From Vicugna vicugna (taxonomy: Eukaryota), in the NCBI GenBank assembly GCA_013265495.1, contig MU058636.1:8887425-8917377 (forward strand): a stretch of DNA of 29,953 nt, given 5' to 3'. Below are positions 1-13,010 of this stretch, in pieces. Both the position numbers and the translations under genes were made by a program. How positions within the stretch are numbered: position 1 is the stretch's first letter; every line of letters begins with the position of its first letter. Below the pieces are notes generated by a model. That model saw only the letters and a list, made by a program, of their open reading frames with translations, made no database searches and had not been told where the DNA came from.

Positions 1-1244
1 CTATAGAGGACATTTAAATTATAGGTAAAATTAATTAAGTTATAAGACTATACCGTCATTATAAAAGAAAGCAAATTTAATTTAAAGGAACAACAAATTA
101 GATGTTATTTAGAAACTGAAATGAGTTATTTGTCAGTTTAGTATTAAACCTTAACTTCTGAGTTTCCTGGCATCTAAGAATAAAGAAAAGATATTGAATA
201 AGCTGAATTCCCTTTTTTTATAACTAAAATATGTATTTAATCAATATTTATTATAAAATCGGTACATACATCTATCCTTATCTTGAGGAAAAAATGCTTT
301 TATAGCAGTTAATGTAATAAGAAATTTATCTCATGGATTCTTGATAAAACAATGAGCAATATCTTTTAAAACGATGTAACCAAAACAGAGCACAAATGTC
401 AAAAAAAAAGTTTCCCCCCATAAAAAAAGAGACTGTAATCTTGGATCATAACTCAATGAAATTCTTCTTCCTCTTCCTACACGCTCTTATGATCTCACTG
501 AATGCAGCAATGCAAGTCACAGGATATGAATCTGGGCATTTTGTATACTTAATGAGTCAGAAATTTTCGCAATCAAATCAAAGATGATTTCTGTGATGAA
601 TACCATAAGTGCCTGTGTGCTACATTATTGATTACTAAGAGCTTCCTCTGCTTCATAAGCAGCTTTGTAGGTCATGAAATTCTGTTTCATGAAAACTGGA
701 GTCCAACCACAGAAGCATTGTTTCGGTAGGGGTAGGTCATAGGAGTGCCTCTGGTTAAATACAGAGTTTTTCTCCCATATGGACTTTGATTCTTCTCAAG
801 CACTTTGAGCAATGTGTAATCAAAACCCCAAAGTTCTGTTATCATGGCATAAAATATTTTTGCCCCCAAATGTTTTTAAGAACATTTGTTATCAGTTAAC
901 AGCCTCAACATAAAAAAAAATCAGCAGGGCCACTAAAGACGATTTGAACTGCATCTGTAGTATCCCCAGATAAGTTATCTAAAAAAACTAATCTCATAAA
1001 AGGTTTAGAACCTACCTTCAGATAACAGTTGATGAAAACTGCCCACTGAAATGTTGGAAAACGTGAATTAAATGAAAAGACTGTGATTCTAATGTATTTT
1101 GTGTTAAACCACTCTTAACAATTATTGGCCAAGAATCTTCTTGCATATATTTCTACTTAGGTAAAAAGATTATCAACATTAAAAAAAAGTATCAGTGCTT
1201 TGAATTTCTACTACCATCAGATTGCTACTATAAGTATATTTGTG

Positions 1245-1400
1245 TATTGCTTTGAAGTGCTTTTACATACGTTATCTTGATAAATCCCCAAATCACTCTG
1301 TGAATAAGGTATTATTTGCATTTCACAAGTAAGACTGTGGGGCTCAAGGTGATTAAAGACTATGCCCAGTTTATTAGTTGAGATTAGGATTGACTGAAAG
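1245..1400 (-). mobile_element. MIR SINE fragment
   Basis: Resembles the reverse-complement MIR core (gtgcttttacatacgttatc...aatccccaaatcactctgtgaataaggtattatt...ggctcaaggtgattaaagactatgcccag); recognised by eye, edges approximate. Confidence 0.65.
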
Positions 1401-1439
1401 AGAAACTCAAAATGCTTTGACTTAAACAAGATAAAATGC

Positions 1440-1800
1440 CTTTCTTTCTGAAGCCTTTATTGTTATGTTTTTCTTTCAATTCCAAGGCTGCTATGGAGCT
1501 TTACAGGTGATGGATCCCAGAGCCTTGTATCTTATTACCCTATGATATAAGGCTTTCAGTCTCAAGGTTACCTCATGGTTAAAGAGAGCTGCTGGAGGTC
1601 CAGCAATTATGATCACATTTTAAAATTGGAAGGAAAAATAAAGGGAAGAGTAGTTTGGGGAAATCATGTACTACTTCAGCTGATAGGATCACACATGTCC
1701 ACACCTGGCTGAAAAGGGGCTGAGAAATCTTCCCATTCTGGGCTCAGTGTATCTAGCCAAAAATGATTCTGTTACTATGAAAACAAGAATGAATCTCTAT
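1440..1800 (-). mobile_element. Old MaLR LTR (MLT1J/K-like)
   Basis: Motifs gctgctggaggtccagcaatt and tcacacatgtccacacctggctgaaaaggggctgagaaat resemble MLT1 LTR blocks; subfamily uncertain. Confidence 0.6.
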
Positions 1801-2884
1801 CAAGGATCAACTTCTGGTCTCTGATACATGTAACACCTCATAACAAGTAAGTCAGAAGCCGGGGACTGGAACTCAGGCTGTCTTGCTTCTTATCTCACGG
1901 TCAATCTGCAGTGTGTTGTCATATCAGTAACAGCAAAAGGGGATGAGACATAGCCTTGCTTTTCATCATGTAGAGCTGCAATGGTGTCTACCACTAGACT
2001 ATGCCTACTTGCCCTCATTTTGCCAGATTCGTTTAAATATAATCTTGGAAAAAGCACTAATAATAGTTCTCCTATTGTGAATATTCTGTCTATGGAGGTA
2101 AAATCCGAAACTAGTTTCCTGAGTGCTACCAGAAGTCTTACAGTGTTTTTAATTGTCTTCTTATTAAGAAAGCACTAAGTACATCATTACTCAGGTATTA
2201 AATACACATATCTTCTATCCAGGACAAGATTTTAGACCAAGATTAATTTATTTTCAATGATTGAATAAATACTATCTGGGGGGACTACCAAGGATGAGTA
2301 AGTCTACAATTCGAGAAGGATAGAAGAATTTATGTCTTGTAGTTGGTGTGGCCATCTTTTTGAGACCAACTCTAGAAATTATGAATAATTTAGCCAAGAA
2401 TGGGGCTCAAAATTCAGCATGAGAATTCTCAACTTCTTCTCTGAGAAAGATGATTTCTTGAACATTTTTACAGTGAGATAGATAAAATATTGACATTAAA
2501 ATTGGTTTAAAAGTTTATTCAGTGATTGGCTGAAAATAGAAGTATATTTGACAGAATTTCAGCACTTTCTTATAGCAAGAGCCTACATTTGGAATTATAC
2601 TTTCAAGCTCAGACTCCCCAAATGTCCAAAAGATGTGAGAAAACAAAACAAAAATTGTGGAAGGAAGTGAAACGCTTGATGAATGAAAAGGGGAAAAAAA
2701 TTGTCTTATTATGTGGCTGTTAGCCAGGCATAAAAGTTTAAATTGGGTAAAACGCCTGACAGCCTATGTCTGGAGGCATAAAAGAGGTAATAAAGAAATA
2801 AATGATTTTTCTTGGTTCAAAGAGCTACAAGTGTAATTAATGTGAAGACGAGAAGCAGCTCTGGGAGTGCAGACTCTTTTATTG

Positions 2885-3073
2885 CAGCAACGGTCTTCAT
2901 ATTCTAGGGTGCATTGGAGTCACCTGAGGGCCTATTAAAACACAGATGACTGGTTCCCAATCTCAGAGTTTCTAATTCAGTAGATCTGGAGTGAGGCTTG
3001 GAATTCGAATTTCTTAACAAGTTCCTAAGTAATGTAGATGCTACTGGTCCAAGGATAGCACTTGAAGACACTA
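2885..3073. mobile_element. MER5A-like hAT-Charlie MITE
   Basis: gcattggagtcacctgagggcctattaaaacacagat...agagtttctaattcagtagatctggagtgaggc...atttcttaacaagttcc...gatgctactggtcc; about 190 bp, typical MER5A length. Confidence 0.85.
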
Positions 3074-3163
3074 CAATACAGAATAATTGTTCAGGGAAAC
3101 AACTGAAATTGCACGTAAGAATAGAATAAAATTCTATGTAGTGTTTTCAGTTCTCAAGAAAAT

Positions 3164-3182
3164 GAGCTGCCTCTGCTGGCAA
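3164..3182 (-). promoter_or_regulatory. Possible CTCF-like motif
   Basis: Reverse complement reads GCCAGCAGAGGCAGC, an imperfect match to CCASYAGRKGGC; motif only. Confidence 0.25.
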
Positions 3183-4238
3183 AGTTGGTACATGTTTTCA
3201 TTCCCAATTAACACGATATTCGAGTGAGAGTCACTACCGACTGTGACCAGGGAGTGCATATTCTAGCTTATCTGAAAAGGAAACAAGAGAGATGTGTTGT
3301 GATTGTTCACCATCTGGGAGAAAGATGATGTTGACGGCGCTCCTACGTCTCTGGCATGACACCAAATTACATATATAAAAAAGACAAACAGTGCACAATT
3401 TTTCCAGATGTTTAGTCTGTAACTCTCTGTAAGGACAAACATTCAGAAATTGCAGTTTCCAGTAAATTAAACATCTGGATATTTGATTTTTTTTTATTAT
3501 TCTTATCTGATATTTTGGGGTCATATAGACTTGATCTTGCCCTTAGAGCAACTGTCAGATTATGAAGTCATCCCCCATCCCACAGGTCTATCTACTGCTT
3601 TTTTTCCCAACATATAATGGCTATGCCACCTAGATCCCCAGTGCCCCTCTGTGTCTTTGAAGTTGGTCCATCCACGAGGTATTATTCCATTTGTCATCTC
3701 ACTACACTCTAGTGGTTTAAATTCTCACAGTGAGAAATCCATGAAGCCACTTAATCCTGTAATGATTCCATCAATGTTACAACCCTTTGAAAGAGGGAAC
3801 CCTATGAGTATGCACAATACAGCCGCACTTTGCTTGGATAAAACTGCAGAACATCCAGTATATCTAACTGACTAATTCATCTAACAGTCACATTTGAAAT
3901 GATGCTTTCACTACTTAAGTTGTACTAAGAAAGCTTGATAAAATAAGACAGAAGAAATGTTTTAAATATGTGTGTATACATAGTCAGATCAATTAATATA
4001 AAGCTAATATAAAGCATATCTAAACAGTCATATTACTTTTATATGCATCTATCCAGTCTCTATCTAGTCTTTTACCTGATAGGAAAATATAAAAATTCTA
4101 GTTTGTGTGAATGGCACATATTTTTCAAGTGGTATTAGAAATAACAGAATTTAAGTATGAGGAATGGATTTATTCAGTCCACTGTGTTTTGCTTGAAATT
4201 TGAGAGGTGGCTTATTTAAAGTCAAAATCAAGTGAAAT

Positions 4239-4292
4239 GCACACACACACCATTCCCACACCAGCATGCACGCACACATGCACACACGCACA
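4239..4292. repeat. Degenerate (CA)n microsatellite
   Basis: gcacacacacac...catgcacgcacacatgcacacacgcaca. Confidence 0.7.
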
Positions 4293-5099
4293 AACAAAGG
4301 ATCCACGTTAATTTATTTTCATATTGATAAACAACAACATCTTTTTGCATTGTACTTTGGGATTAAATCATTTAATTTTAAAACTTCTGATTATTTCTCA
4401 CATAGAAGGCTGATATTGTGGTGCTTCAAAGACAGTTCCCAAGGTAGTGTCACAAATGGATAGGAACTATTACCTTTAAAAGCATCTTTGAGGTAAAAGC
4501 ATTATGCTGATGAGAAGAAAAACTTCAAAGGCAATACTGTTAAGAACTGACCTTAAATCTAGCTTAGTTCACTTAAAAGAACACTCATTCAGAGAAAAGG
4601 AAGAAAATGGGCAAGTTTTTCTGTGCCAGATACCAAACTGTTCCAGAATGTAGTGAAATAAACCCTGAATTATGAGAATCAGTGATTGACTATGTATAAG
4701 ATGTGGGATTGGAGATGACTAAAGCATGCAGCGGTCCTGGAAAGATGTAAGTTAGATATCCAAGGAACCATTGGATCATAAGTACAGTGGTGGCCACGTT
4801 AACTACTAACAGTAATGCCCCAAATCTCAGTGTGCTGAGTCCCAAGTTAGTGAGTAACCAGAAGTCCTACGATTTCTGGAAATGCCCAAGATAACTAATT
4901 GCGTGTGAAATCCATGAAGTGGGTACAAATCTCAGTCCACAACTGAGCCAGGACTTGTGAAACAGATTTGTCTGTAGGTTGAGGAAAAGCCAGCTGGCGA
5001 GGGTGGTTGACAGGGGTACATTTGCAGATGAGAAAAACAGTTACGGAAGGGAACTGGGCTGCTCATGTTGGCTGGACATTTCAGTATTTGTCTGAATAC

Positions 5100-6395
5100 T
5101 AATGGTGCAAAGGATCTAAAATAGCCAAAGCAATCTTAAAAAAATAAAACTAAGTTGGAAGGCTTTCACTACCTGATTTCAAGACTTATAATAAAGTTAT
5201 TACAATCAGGACGATGTGGTCTTGACCCAAAGACAGACAAAGATGTCAATGGAATCTGAAAACAGAACCACACATATGTAGTAAACTGATTTTCAGCAAA
5301 GGTACCAAAGTAATTCAATGTGTAATGAATTGTCTTTTCAACAAATGATGCTAGAACGACTGGAGAATCATGAGTAAAGCTGAGTCTCAACACCACCTCA
5401 CAAAAAGTAACTTGACGCACATCACAAACCTAGACGTAAAGCTAAATGCAAAGCTTATGGGAAAAATAGAGACTATGTATGTGACCCTGGTTTAAGGAGC
5501 GATATCTTCTTACACAGATTGTAAGCAAGCTGTGAATAGAATCTTCAAATGAATAAGACATTGTAGTGACCAATAAATACAAGAAAAAATCCTCAACACC
5601 ATTAGTTATCAGAGGAATTAAAATTAGCATGAAATGCTATGTCACATACACCACAGAGGACTAAACTGAAAAAGTCTGAGACCAGGTGTTGGCATGGATA
5701 CAGAGGAAATGGAATTCTCCCACATTGCTGATGGGACTGCGAAATGATACACTTCAGGAAACAGTTTGGCAGTGGCTTATATAACTAAACTAGGACCTAA
5801 CTACCCTATGATCTAGCAATTCAACTCCTGGACACTTACCTAAGTTAAACTAAAGATACATGTCACCAAAGAATTACACACATACCTTCATAATGAACCC
5901 AGACTGGAAACAATCCAAATTTCCATCAACAAGAGAATGAACAAATTTTGGTATATTCATACAAAAACATTCAGCATGAAATGAATATCAAAAAATATAA
6001 TCTTGAATAAAAGAAGCTAGTCATAGGAGAGGATATGTGATTCCATTTATATGAAATTCCAAAACAGGCAAAACTAAGCTATAATATTATAAATTAGAAG
6101 AGATACTGCTTTTAGGCTGAGGGTAAGGAGTTCAGTTCCACAAAGCTACTCAGGAACTTCCTGTGATGATGGAAATTATATATATATATATTATACACAT
6201 ATTATATATACATGTATGAATATATATAATCTTATAAATTATGTAAAATATTTAAAAAATTATATATATGTAATATATTTTATGTATATAAATAATAGTT
6301 TGGGTTACCCAGGTATATATTTTTATGAAAATCCATTGAACTCTATACTTAAAATGGGTACATTTAAATACATACAAATTATAAATCAGTAAGTA
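5100..6395 (+). mobile_element. Old L1 (L1MC/L1ME-like): ORF2 3' part and 3' UTR
   Basis: aaaatagccaaagcaatcttaaa...ctacctgatttcaagactta (ORF2), cattgctgatgggactgcgaaatg, tgattccatttatatgaaattccaaaacaggcaaaacta (3' UTR); heavily decayed. Confidence 0.9.
6176..6295. repeat. (TA)n-rich low-complexity tract inside the L1 3' UTR
   Basis: Nearly all A/T with repeated tatata runs. Confidence 0.85.
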
Positions 6396-6519
6396 TTAAT
6401 GATATGTAAACCGGCATTACAATTGTAACTAACAGCAAGATATTTACAACACAGCTCTCAACTGATGGAGTCTTTAAGCTTTGAGGTTCACTGTCTACAC
6501 TGTCACATGTCAATTTCTA

Positions 6520-6620
6520 GAAATTGACCTTGCTCTTAGGTATTATACTCTGTGGTTGTGGAAAGATTAAATGAGATAATGTAAGTAAAGAACATAACAT
6601 TAAAGGCTTGGCTGAATAAA
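6520..6620 (+). mobile_element. MIR 3' fragment
   Basis: ggttgtggaaagattaaatgagataatgtaagtaaag resembles the MIR core. Confidence 0.6.
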
Positions 6621-7197
6621 TGAAAGCTGTTTTGAAACAAATGTCTGGAAAACAGCAGTGTAGACTGAGTGTGCAGGCATCACCACACTGTTGTGCGACA
6701 TACAAGTTTGAGCCTAGACGTGTGATTCACAGTTACCCTCCGAGCAATCTACCAACTATAAGTCTTGAATTTTTATCAACCCTGTCTTCACCCCATGAAG
6801 ATCTGTCATCATTCCAGTAGGAAACGTGGACAAGGCCAGCACACAGTCCCTCTCTCCAAGCTGTGCTTCACAGCTGGGGACCTGCACCATCCACAACAAT
6901 TTCTCAGAGATTCAAGAGACACAGCTTCAATTTACCCCTACTGGGGAGCTTAGAGGCAGAAATTCTGCCTCCATTCTGCTAATTGACTCTAATTTTAAAA
7001 ATAAAAAAGATTTATTTTCCCTCTTAGATCTTAAATGAATCTTCCCATATTACCAGTTTTGCCTGGCCAAGTCTGCAGCTCATTAAAGGGTTTGAATCCA
7101 TCATTAGGTATTCACTCTGTGATCCAATTTAATAAAAATAATTCTATAATCTTTCATCTAAAATTATGTTGTATGAAATACCATTAGCTAGAGATTA

Positions 7198-7209
7198 GGG
7201 GAAATTTCC
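7198..7209 (+). promoter_or_regulatory. NF-kB-type motif GGGGAAATTTCC
   Basis: Resembles the kB consensus with palindromic core GGAAATTTCC; single motif, no functional evidence. Confidence 0.25.
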
Positions 7210-7934
7210 ATTTACCTTTTTTCATTATTCAAGGGAAAGTAGGTACTCCGACACACAGATTTCAAAAGATATAATTTATCCAAAGGTGGAGTTTCAAATA
7301 ATGATGAACCAAAACAATATGGCCATCAGGGAGAAAAGGGATTTTTATTTAGGCTTTTTTTCCCTAAGATTCTCTGGTTGTTCTGCCCAGGGGCATTGTC
7401 AGCACTGGATATACAGCGCTTGACATGTTTCACTAAAGAAAATGAAGAAAGGATTTACTGGTCTTCCCGGGGCTGGAGCAATCTCCCTGATTCTAGTAAA
7501 TTTATTTAAACTGAGACTGATCTTACCATCTATTCTTTTTCGTAAAGACAGAGAAAGTTCTTTGGCTTACGCCAACTGAAATGAGAGTTTTATCTCATCA
7601 TAAAACTGCCCACTAATTTGTGCTCATTGAGTGGATTTTATATTATGAAGAGAAAGCAGTCCATCAATTCACCCACTGATGAGTTGAGAGGTCTTGGTAT
7701 CCTGATTAGCAGGTCACAACACCTCAGAAGTGAAATTCCGTCCGTGCCAATGAGGCTAACATTTTTAAGTCTTGCATCTGATGCCTGGGAATGAGATAGT
7801 CTGTAAATGATGGACTCTGAGAAATGGGTGCTTTTCCTTCCACATGTAACAAACTTCAGTTCTCATCTTCTGTACTTAATAACAATCCCTCTAATTTTAC
7901 TCTGTTCCATCTTTTAATCTCCTCACCCTAATTT

Positions 7935-8110
7935 TTAGCCTGTGTATGTGGTTTGCATACAGATGACTTAAATGCCTTTATTTTCTTTCTATCATATTAA
8001 ACGGTAATTCTGGGGAAATTGTCCCATGATTACTGAGAGAATCAAATGAGATAATGCTTATAGAGTGCTTAGCATGTCGACTGGCACATATTAAATATGC
8101 AATGAACATA
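7935..8110 (+). mobile_element. MIR fragment
   Basis: gagagaatcaaatgagataatgcttatagagtgcttagcatgtcgactggcacata resembles the MIR 3' half. Confidence 0.7.
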
Positions 8111-8768
8111 AACGATTATGTGTGATAAACTCCTTGTGGGGAGAGTCTTTGGCTTTAGAACTTTTGGTAGGGTATATAATACAGATCCATGCCATCTCTC
8201 CCTGAATAAATTTTGTCCAATTTCATAAGGATGATTTAAATTGCAAACATACATGATGATTTTTACTTAGTACTTCCTTTCCTGAAGTTACCATTTGTTT
8301 TTTCATCTCAGAAGGTTCTCAGCAATTAAGTGATTCTTTTAAAAACCTTTTTCCTCATTGAGAAGGGGCAGCAAATGAGCAAATGCATCAAGCAGAGGAA
8401 ATGAACAAACATCGTAGCAAACTCAGCAATGAGTCAACTAGATATATAGCAATGCCATGAACTCTAAAACTGGTTTAATTCTTAATCATAGATTACCTTT
8501 CCATTCTTTACTAGTCTTCAGTGAACAATAACGGAATTGAACTAAAATTTTAAATGGTTTGAGACTTTATATTAAAATAAAACTGAAAATTTTTGTTTAT
8601 TTCTGCTTAGATCATCTTCCCCTAATCTCAGCCTGGTCAGGATCTTCTTCTTGTAACATGGAAAAGTGTAAAATAAATAATTGACAGAACAAATATTTTG
8701 ATAGAGTGTGTGCATTCCTCTTTTTCATATAGTATGCTCTGAGCTGGAATACAAAATACCTGAGGAAG

Positions 8769-8988
8769 AAGACGTACAGACTACCAGGCATAAAATAAAT
8801 AAGCTACAAGGACATATTATGCAGCACAGGGAATACAGCCAATATATCATAATAACTTTAAATGGTGTATAATCTATAAAAATGTTGAATCACTGTGTTA
8901 TGAACCTGAAACTGATATAATGTAAATCAACTATACCTCAATAAAAAAATTAATGAATTTTTTTAAAAAAATGAAAGATGGAAAAAAG
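8769..8988 (+). mobile_element. 5'-truncated L1 3' end (laurasiatherian/cetartiodactyl type) with A-rich tail
   Basis: taaaataaataagctacaaggacatattatgcagcacagggaatacagccaata...aatcaactatacctcaataaaaaaa; possible decayed TSD acaaaatacctgaggaag (8751-8768) / acaaatgtttgaggaag (8989-9005). Confidence 0.85.
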
Positions 8989-9775
8989 ACAAATGTTTGA
9001 GGAAGGTAATGTCTTCTTTTAGTCATCTTTTCTTATTGCACAGATTTTTGGAGGGGGGCTCATGGCAGTATTTCATAGTATTGCACTATACTAGATTTTC
9101 TGAGCTCTTTTTTTTTTTTCAATCTAGAAGTTTTTTTTCTTTTCTCTGACTTTAGAGTGGCGAAGTCACTCTTTTGATGGTGACTAAGAGGCCACTTCAA
9201 CATATTCTATTTTTCCCACACAATTTCCTGTTTGAAACAGCATCCGTCACCCTGGTTATGAGAAATTCTATGGTTAAAACAGCCAGAGAAACCGAATAGA
9301 GATTTTTTTTTTCTTTTACCGCTTATAGAAGTAGTGCCTAACAGATCCCTGATTGTCTCCAAAAATGAATGTAAGACTTTTTTAGACGTAAAAAGGACTA
9401 CATATTATTTCTGGGCAGTAAAATCAAGTAATCATTGTCAACTATTTACTAATGGTTTGAGTGATTTATTAAGGCAATCAAATAAAAATAAACTGTCATT
9501 AAAATCTCACTCACTTAAATCTTATTACTTGAGCCTTTCTGGAGTATCCTTTGGCTAGTATTCTCTATTACGATATTTGAACATTTGTTTACTTAGTAAG
9601 AATCTGGAATCATGCTATTCTTTCTATGACCCTGGAAAACTGCAAACTTGAAATGAAAAACAATGTAGTCATAGCTGTGCTTTGCTTCCTAAAGCTAAAA
9701 TCAGAGACCCATCATATGTATTGTTATCTAGGTCCCAGGTTTACATGTGTTGAAACTATCATTTGTGTTATCAAC

Positions 9776-9828
9776 TTTTTTTAACATTTTTATTGAGTTA
9801 TAGGCATTTTGCAATGTTGTGTCAATTT
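9776..9828 (-). mobile_element. About 50-bp extreme 3' tip of a young L1
   Basis: tttttttaacatttttattgagttataggcattttgcaatgttgtgtca aligns with the start of the in-window copy at 29523. Confidence 0.8.
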
Positions 9829-9989
9829 GCAAGTCTGAAAGAGTAGCCTCAAACATTCATCAGTAGAAATTACAGGCAAGATTACCTAATCTTCCTCATG
9901 AGTACCGTGCATTTCTGTCACACCAGGAACAGCCCACCTTATAAACAAAGTGTAGCATTAAGGTGTAAGGCAACATTGCATAATGAGAA

Positions 9990-10245
9990 GGATCAGTGAA
10001 TCAGTATTTCACGATACAGGCATGCAACCTACTCCTGTCAAGATGTAGACCGTTTCCATCATCCCAGGTTTCCTTGCATCTCTTTGTAGTCAATCTCCTT
10101 CTGCCAATCCTGGCCACTAGAAACCACTGATCCACTTTCTGCCATTACAAGTTTGGATTTTTTAAAATGGATGAACATAACCTTTTGTGTTTGCCTTCTT
10201 TCACAAAACATAATGCTTTAGAAATTCATCCTTGTTATTTTTGTT
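9990..10245 (-). mobile_element. Old L1 (L1MC/ME-like) 3' UTR fragment
   Basis: tcaagatgtagaccgtttccatcatccca...aaccactgatccactttctgccatta...ttttgtgtttgccttctttcac. Confidence 0.75.
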
Positions 10246-10339
10246 TGTTTGTTTATAGATGAGAAGCAACATTTTTTTTCACCTCAGTTTTTTCCCATGG
10301 AAAAGTAGCTATTATTAGAGCTGTATATACAATCAGTAT

Positions 10340-10570
10340 ATGATTAGATTTTCCCAAACATGTATTAAATTTATTCTTGTTCACTCCCTTTTGCACCTTA
10401 GATCTTCCATCTGAAATAATTTTCTTTCCTACAGAGGTACATTTTACACAAGTCCCTCCAGTATGGTTTAAGGATAAACTCAAGTTTTGGTTTGCCTGAA
10501 AAATTCTTTATTTTCCCCTCATTCTTTAATGTTACTTTAGCTAGGTATAAGATTAGAGGTTGACAATTAG
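10340..10570 (-). mobile_element. L1/HAL1 ORF1 C-terminal remnant
   Basis: ORF 10398..10712 contains QPLILYLAKVTLKNEGKIKNFSGKPKLEF, resembling the L1 ORF1p motif QPRILYPAKLSFKNEGEIKTFSDKQKLREF. Confidence 0.8.
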
Positions 10571-11331
10571 GGCAGAGACAGCTGTCTAAGGGAGATGCCT
10601 GCCCCACTTCTATGGCACAGAATTGCTGCAGGGAAGTAACTGTCCACTGCTTATGTCTAGATGATGCAATTTTGGTTGACACATTTTGTTTTTCCTCTCT
10701 GCTTTTTCCCATTTCACAAAGTTTGTCATGAACGTGTATTTTTGGTGTAAAATGCTAAAGATTTGAAAACAGTGGGTTATTACCAGGAAAATAAAGATCA
10801 AAGAAAGCAAGCATGTTTTAGGGTGTGGGTAATACAGCACTACTTGTATAAAAATCGGGAGTACTTAATGTGTTACAAGAGTGGGCAGAAGAAGCAGTTT
10901 CTTTTTTCACAGAGTCCCAGAGATCTATGACTATCACAGGAGAAGTCTTTTTTATGAATGGACTTCATGAATGTGACTACTCAATTATATGTTCAACGCT
11001 GCTAGGCAATTTGAATAATTTTTGTACTTGTTGCAAGACCAATGTGTTACACTGGGGAAGTGCTTTTACTTCAATGATCTGGCATTGGGGTGAAGAATTA
11101 ATTTAGTGTAAACAGATTTTTTTTAAATTTTAAACAAACATGTGTACAGCTATATTTTATCAAAATATTGCACTTTCAACTATACACTAGTGTACAGTTT
11201 TATGCATTACTTAAAAATAAATGTATGAACAAACATTCTGTTGTTTTTATTTAGTGACATTTAAATTATGAAACATAAGTTTTTTTTCAGTTCACAACAA
11301 AGTGGAAATGTGGTTTTAAAACCTTAAAGGA

Positions 11332-12090
11332 TCATCAAAAAGCCCAGAAATAATAAATGCTGGAGAAGGTTTGGAGAAAAAGGAACCCTCCTATACTGTT
11401 GGTGGGAATGTAAATTGGTGCAGCCACTATGGAGAGTTTCCTTATAAACTAAGAATAAACTTACCATATGATCCAGCAATCCCATTACTGGGCATATATT
11501 CAGACAAAACTATAATTTGAAAAGATACATGCACCCCAATGTTCATAACAACACTATTTACAATAACCAAGACATGGAAGCACCCTAAATATCTATCAAC
11601 AGATGAATAGATAAAAAAAGATGTGGTATGTATACAATGGAATATTACTCAGCCATAAAAGAATGAAATAATACCATTTGTAGCAACATAGATGGGCCTA
11701 AAGATTATCACACTAAGTCAATCAGACAGAGAAAGACAAATATCATATCGTTTATATGTAGAATCTTAAAAAAAAGATACTGATGAACTTATTTACAAAA
11801 CAAACATAGACTCAGACATAAAACACAAACTTATGGCTACCAAGGGGGGAAGGGGAGAGGGATAAATTAGGAGCTTGGGATTAACATATACACACTACTA
11901 TATATAAAATAAATAACCAACAAGGACCTACTATATAGCACAGGGAACTATACTCAATATCTTGTAATAGCCTATAATGGAAAAGAATCTGAAAAAGAAT
12001 AGATAATGTTTATATATGACCGAATCCCTCCGCTGTACAACTGAAACCAACACAAAACTGTAAGTCATCTATACTTCAATTTAATAAAAA
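11332..12090 (+). mobile_element. 5'-truncated L1 (cetartiodactyl type): ORF2 end and 3' UTR with TSD
   Basis: aaatgctggagaaggtttggagaaaaaggaaccctcctatactgttggtgggaatgtaaattgg...ctatacttcaatttaataaaaa; imperfect TSD aaaaaccttaaagga (11317-11331) / aaaaacttaaatga (12086-12099) at a TTTT/AAAA site. Confidence 0.95.
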
Positions 12091-12709
12091 CTTAAATGAA
12101 AATGACTTTGTTACCACAACATTGATTCATATAAAAACCCTGAACTGACTTGAAAATAATCTTCATCCAGTCCTGTTGCTTTTCTGTATAATCAATCAAA
12201 AGTGCTCTCTCAATATAGACCAGTCACTAGAATAACCTGAAAAATCTAATAAAGCACTTCTCAGGCAAGAACATTTTTACTTTTTGCCCCTGGCTTTCGG
12301 AAAAATTTCCCAGTTGAGAATCCATGATGACCGTATGCTGCTTTTGAAACAGAGCCCTATGTTGTAGATGGAATAACTCAACATTCAGCCTGAGTTTATC
12401 CCAAGATAAAAGTTATTGCTACATCTTGAAGACTTTATATTGTTGAAAACACAATTAAAATAATGATTAGAAGTCCACTTGCATTCACTTAACAAACGTT
12501 TATTGTTGACTGCCAGCCGTTAGGAAGTCTGAAGCATGCAGAGAAGGTACAAAGTTCTAACCCTAGAATCAGAAATGCAGGCTTCATCCTAAATAGAGAT
12601 TTTTTCTCCCAGTCTTTCTTTTAAAGTACTTCTTTATGATACTGTATCAAAAAAAAAAAACATGATGTATTTATATTATAGCTTTTAAAAAATCTCATTT
12701 GCATTCCAG

Positions 12710-12754
12710 TCCCGTATTTCTGAGGATGTGACTTACTTCCAAAATAGACACATG
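12710..12754 (+). other. Candidate 45-nt exon (SRISEDVTYFQNRHM in phase 0)
   Basis: ctcatttgcattccag acceptor, ATG/GTAAGT donor, length a multiple of 3, one open frame; peptide not recognised. Confidence 0.2.
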
Positions 12755-12844
12755 GTAAGTATTTTAGTCTCATCATCTAAATATGTACGAGTCAACATTT
12801 AGCTTCAGTTACTATGCTGATGATGACTAAACTCTTGCAGCCCA

Positions 12845-13010
12845 TGTGAACAGCATGGCAGTTAGACTGGAACAGATCTGGTCAAATCCCACCCCATCAC
12901 TTACCTGCCTTGTTTCCCTGGGTAAGTTACTTAATGTCTCTGAGGGCCTCTTTATTTATAAAATAGCGGGAGGGGCGTGGGGAACCTTTCATGAAATTTA
13001 TGTGAATACT
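12845..13010 (+). mobile_element. MIR SINE
   Basis: gatctggtcaaatcccaccccatcacttacctgccttgtttccctgggtaagttacttaatgtctctgag. Confidence 0.8.

Noticed and set aside
100..1140. Possible old DNA-transposon internal sequence
   Set aside because: Vague familiarity only; no terminal inverted repeats or transposase motif could be shown.
2223..2297. AG...GTAAGT-bounded 75-nt candidate exon
   Set aside because: Stop codons in all three frames; such motif pairs are common by chance.
3994..4015. Tandem 11-bp duplication taatataaagc x2, plus short palindromes and isolated octamer motifs elsewhere
   Set aside because: Ordinary slippage or chance matches in AT-rich DNA.
9156..9196. Small hairpin AGTGGC-ga-AGTCAC...GTGACT-aagag-GCCACT as a pre-miRNA
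   Set aside because: Only two 6-bp stems with an asymmetric internal loop; too short for a pre-miRNA and plausible by chance.
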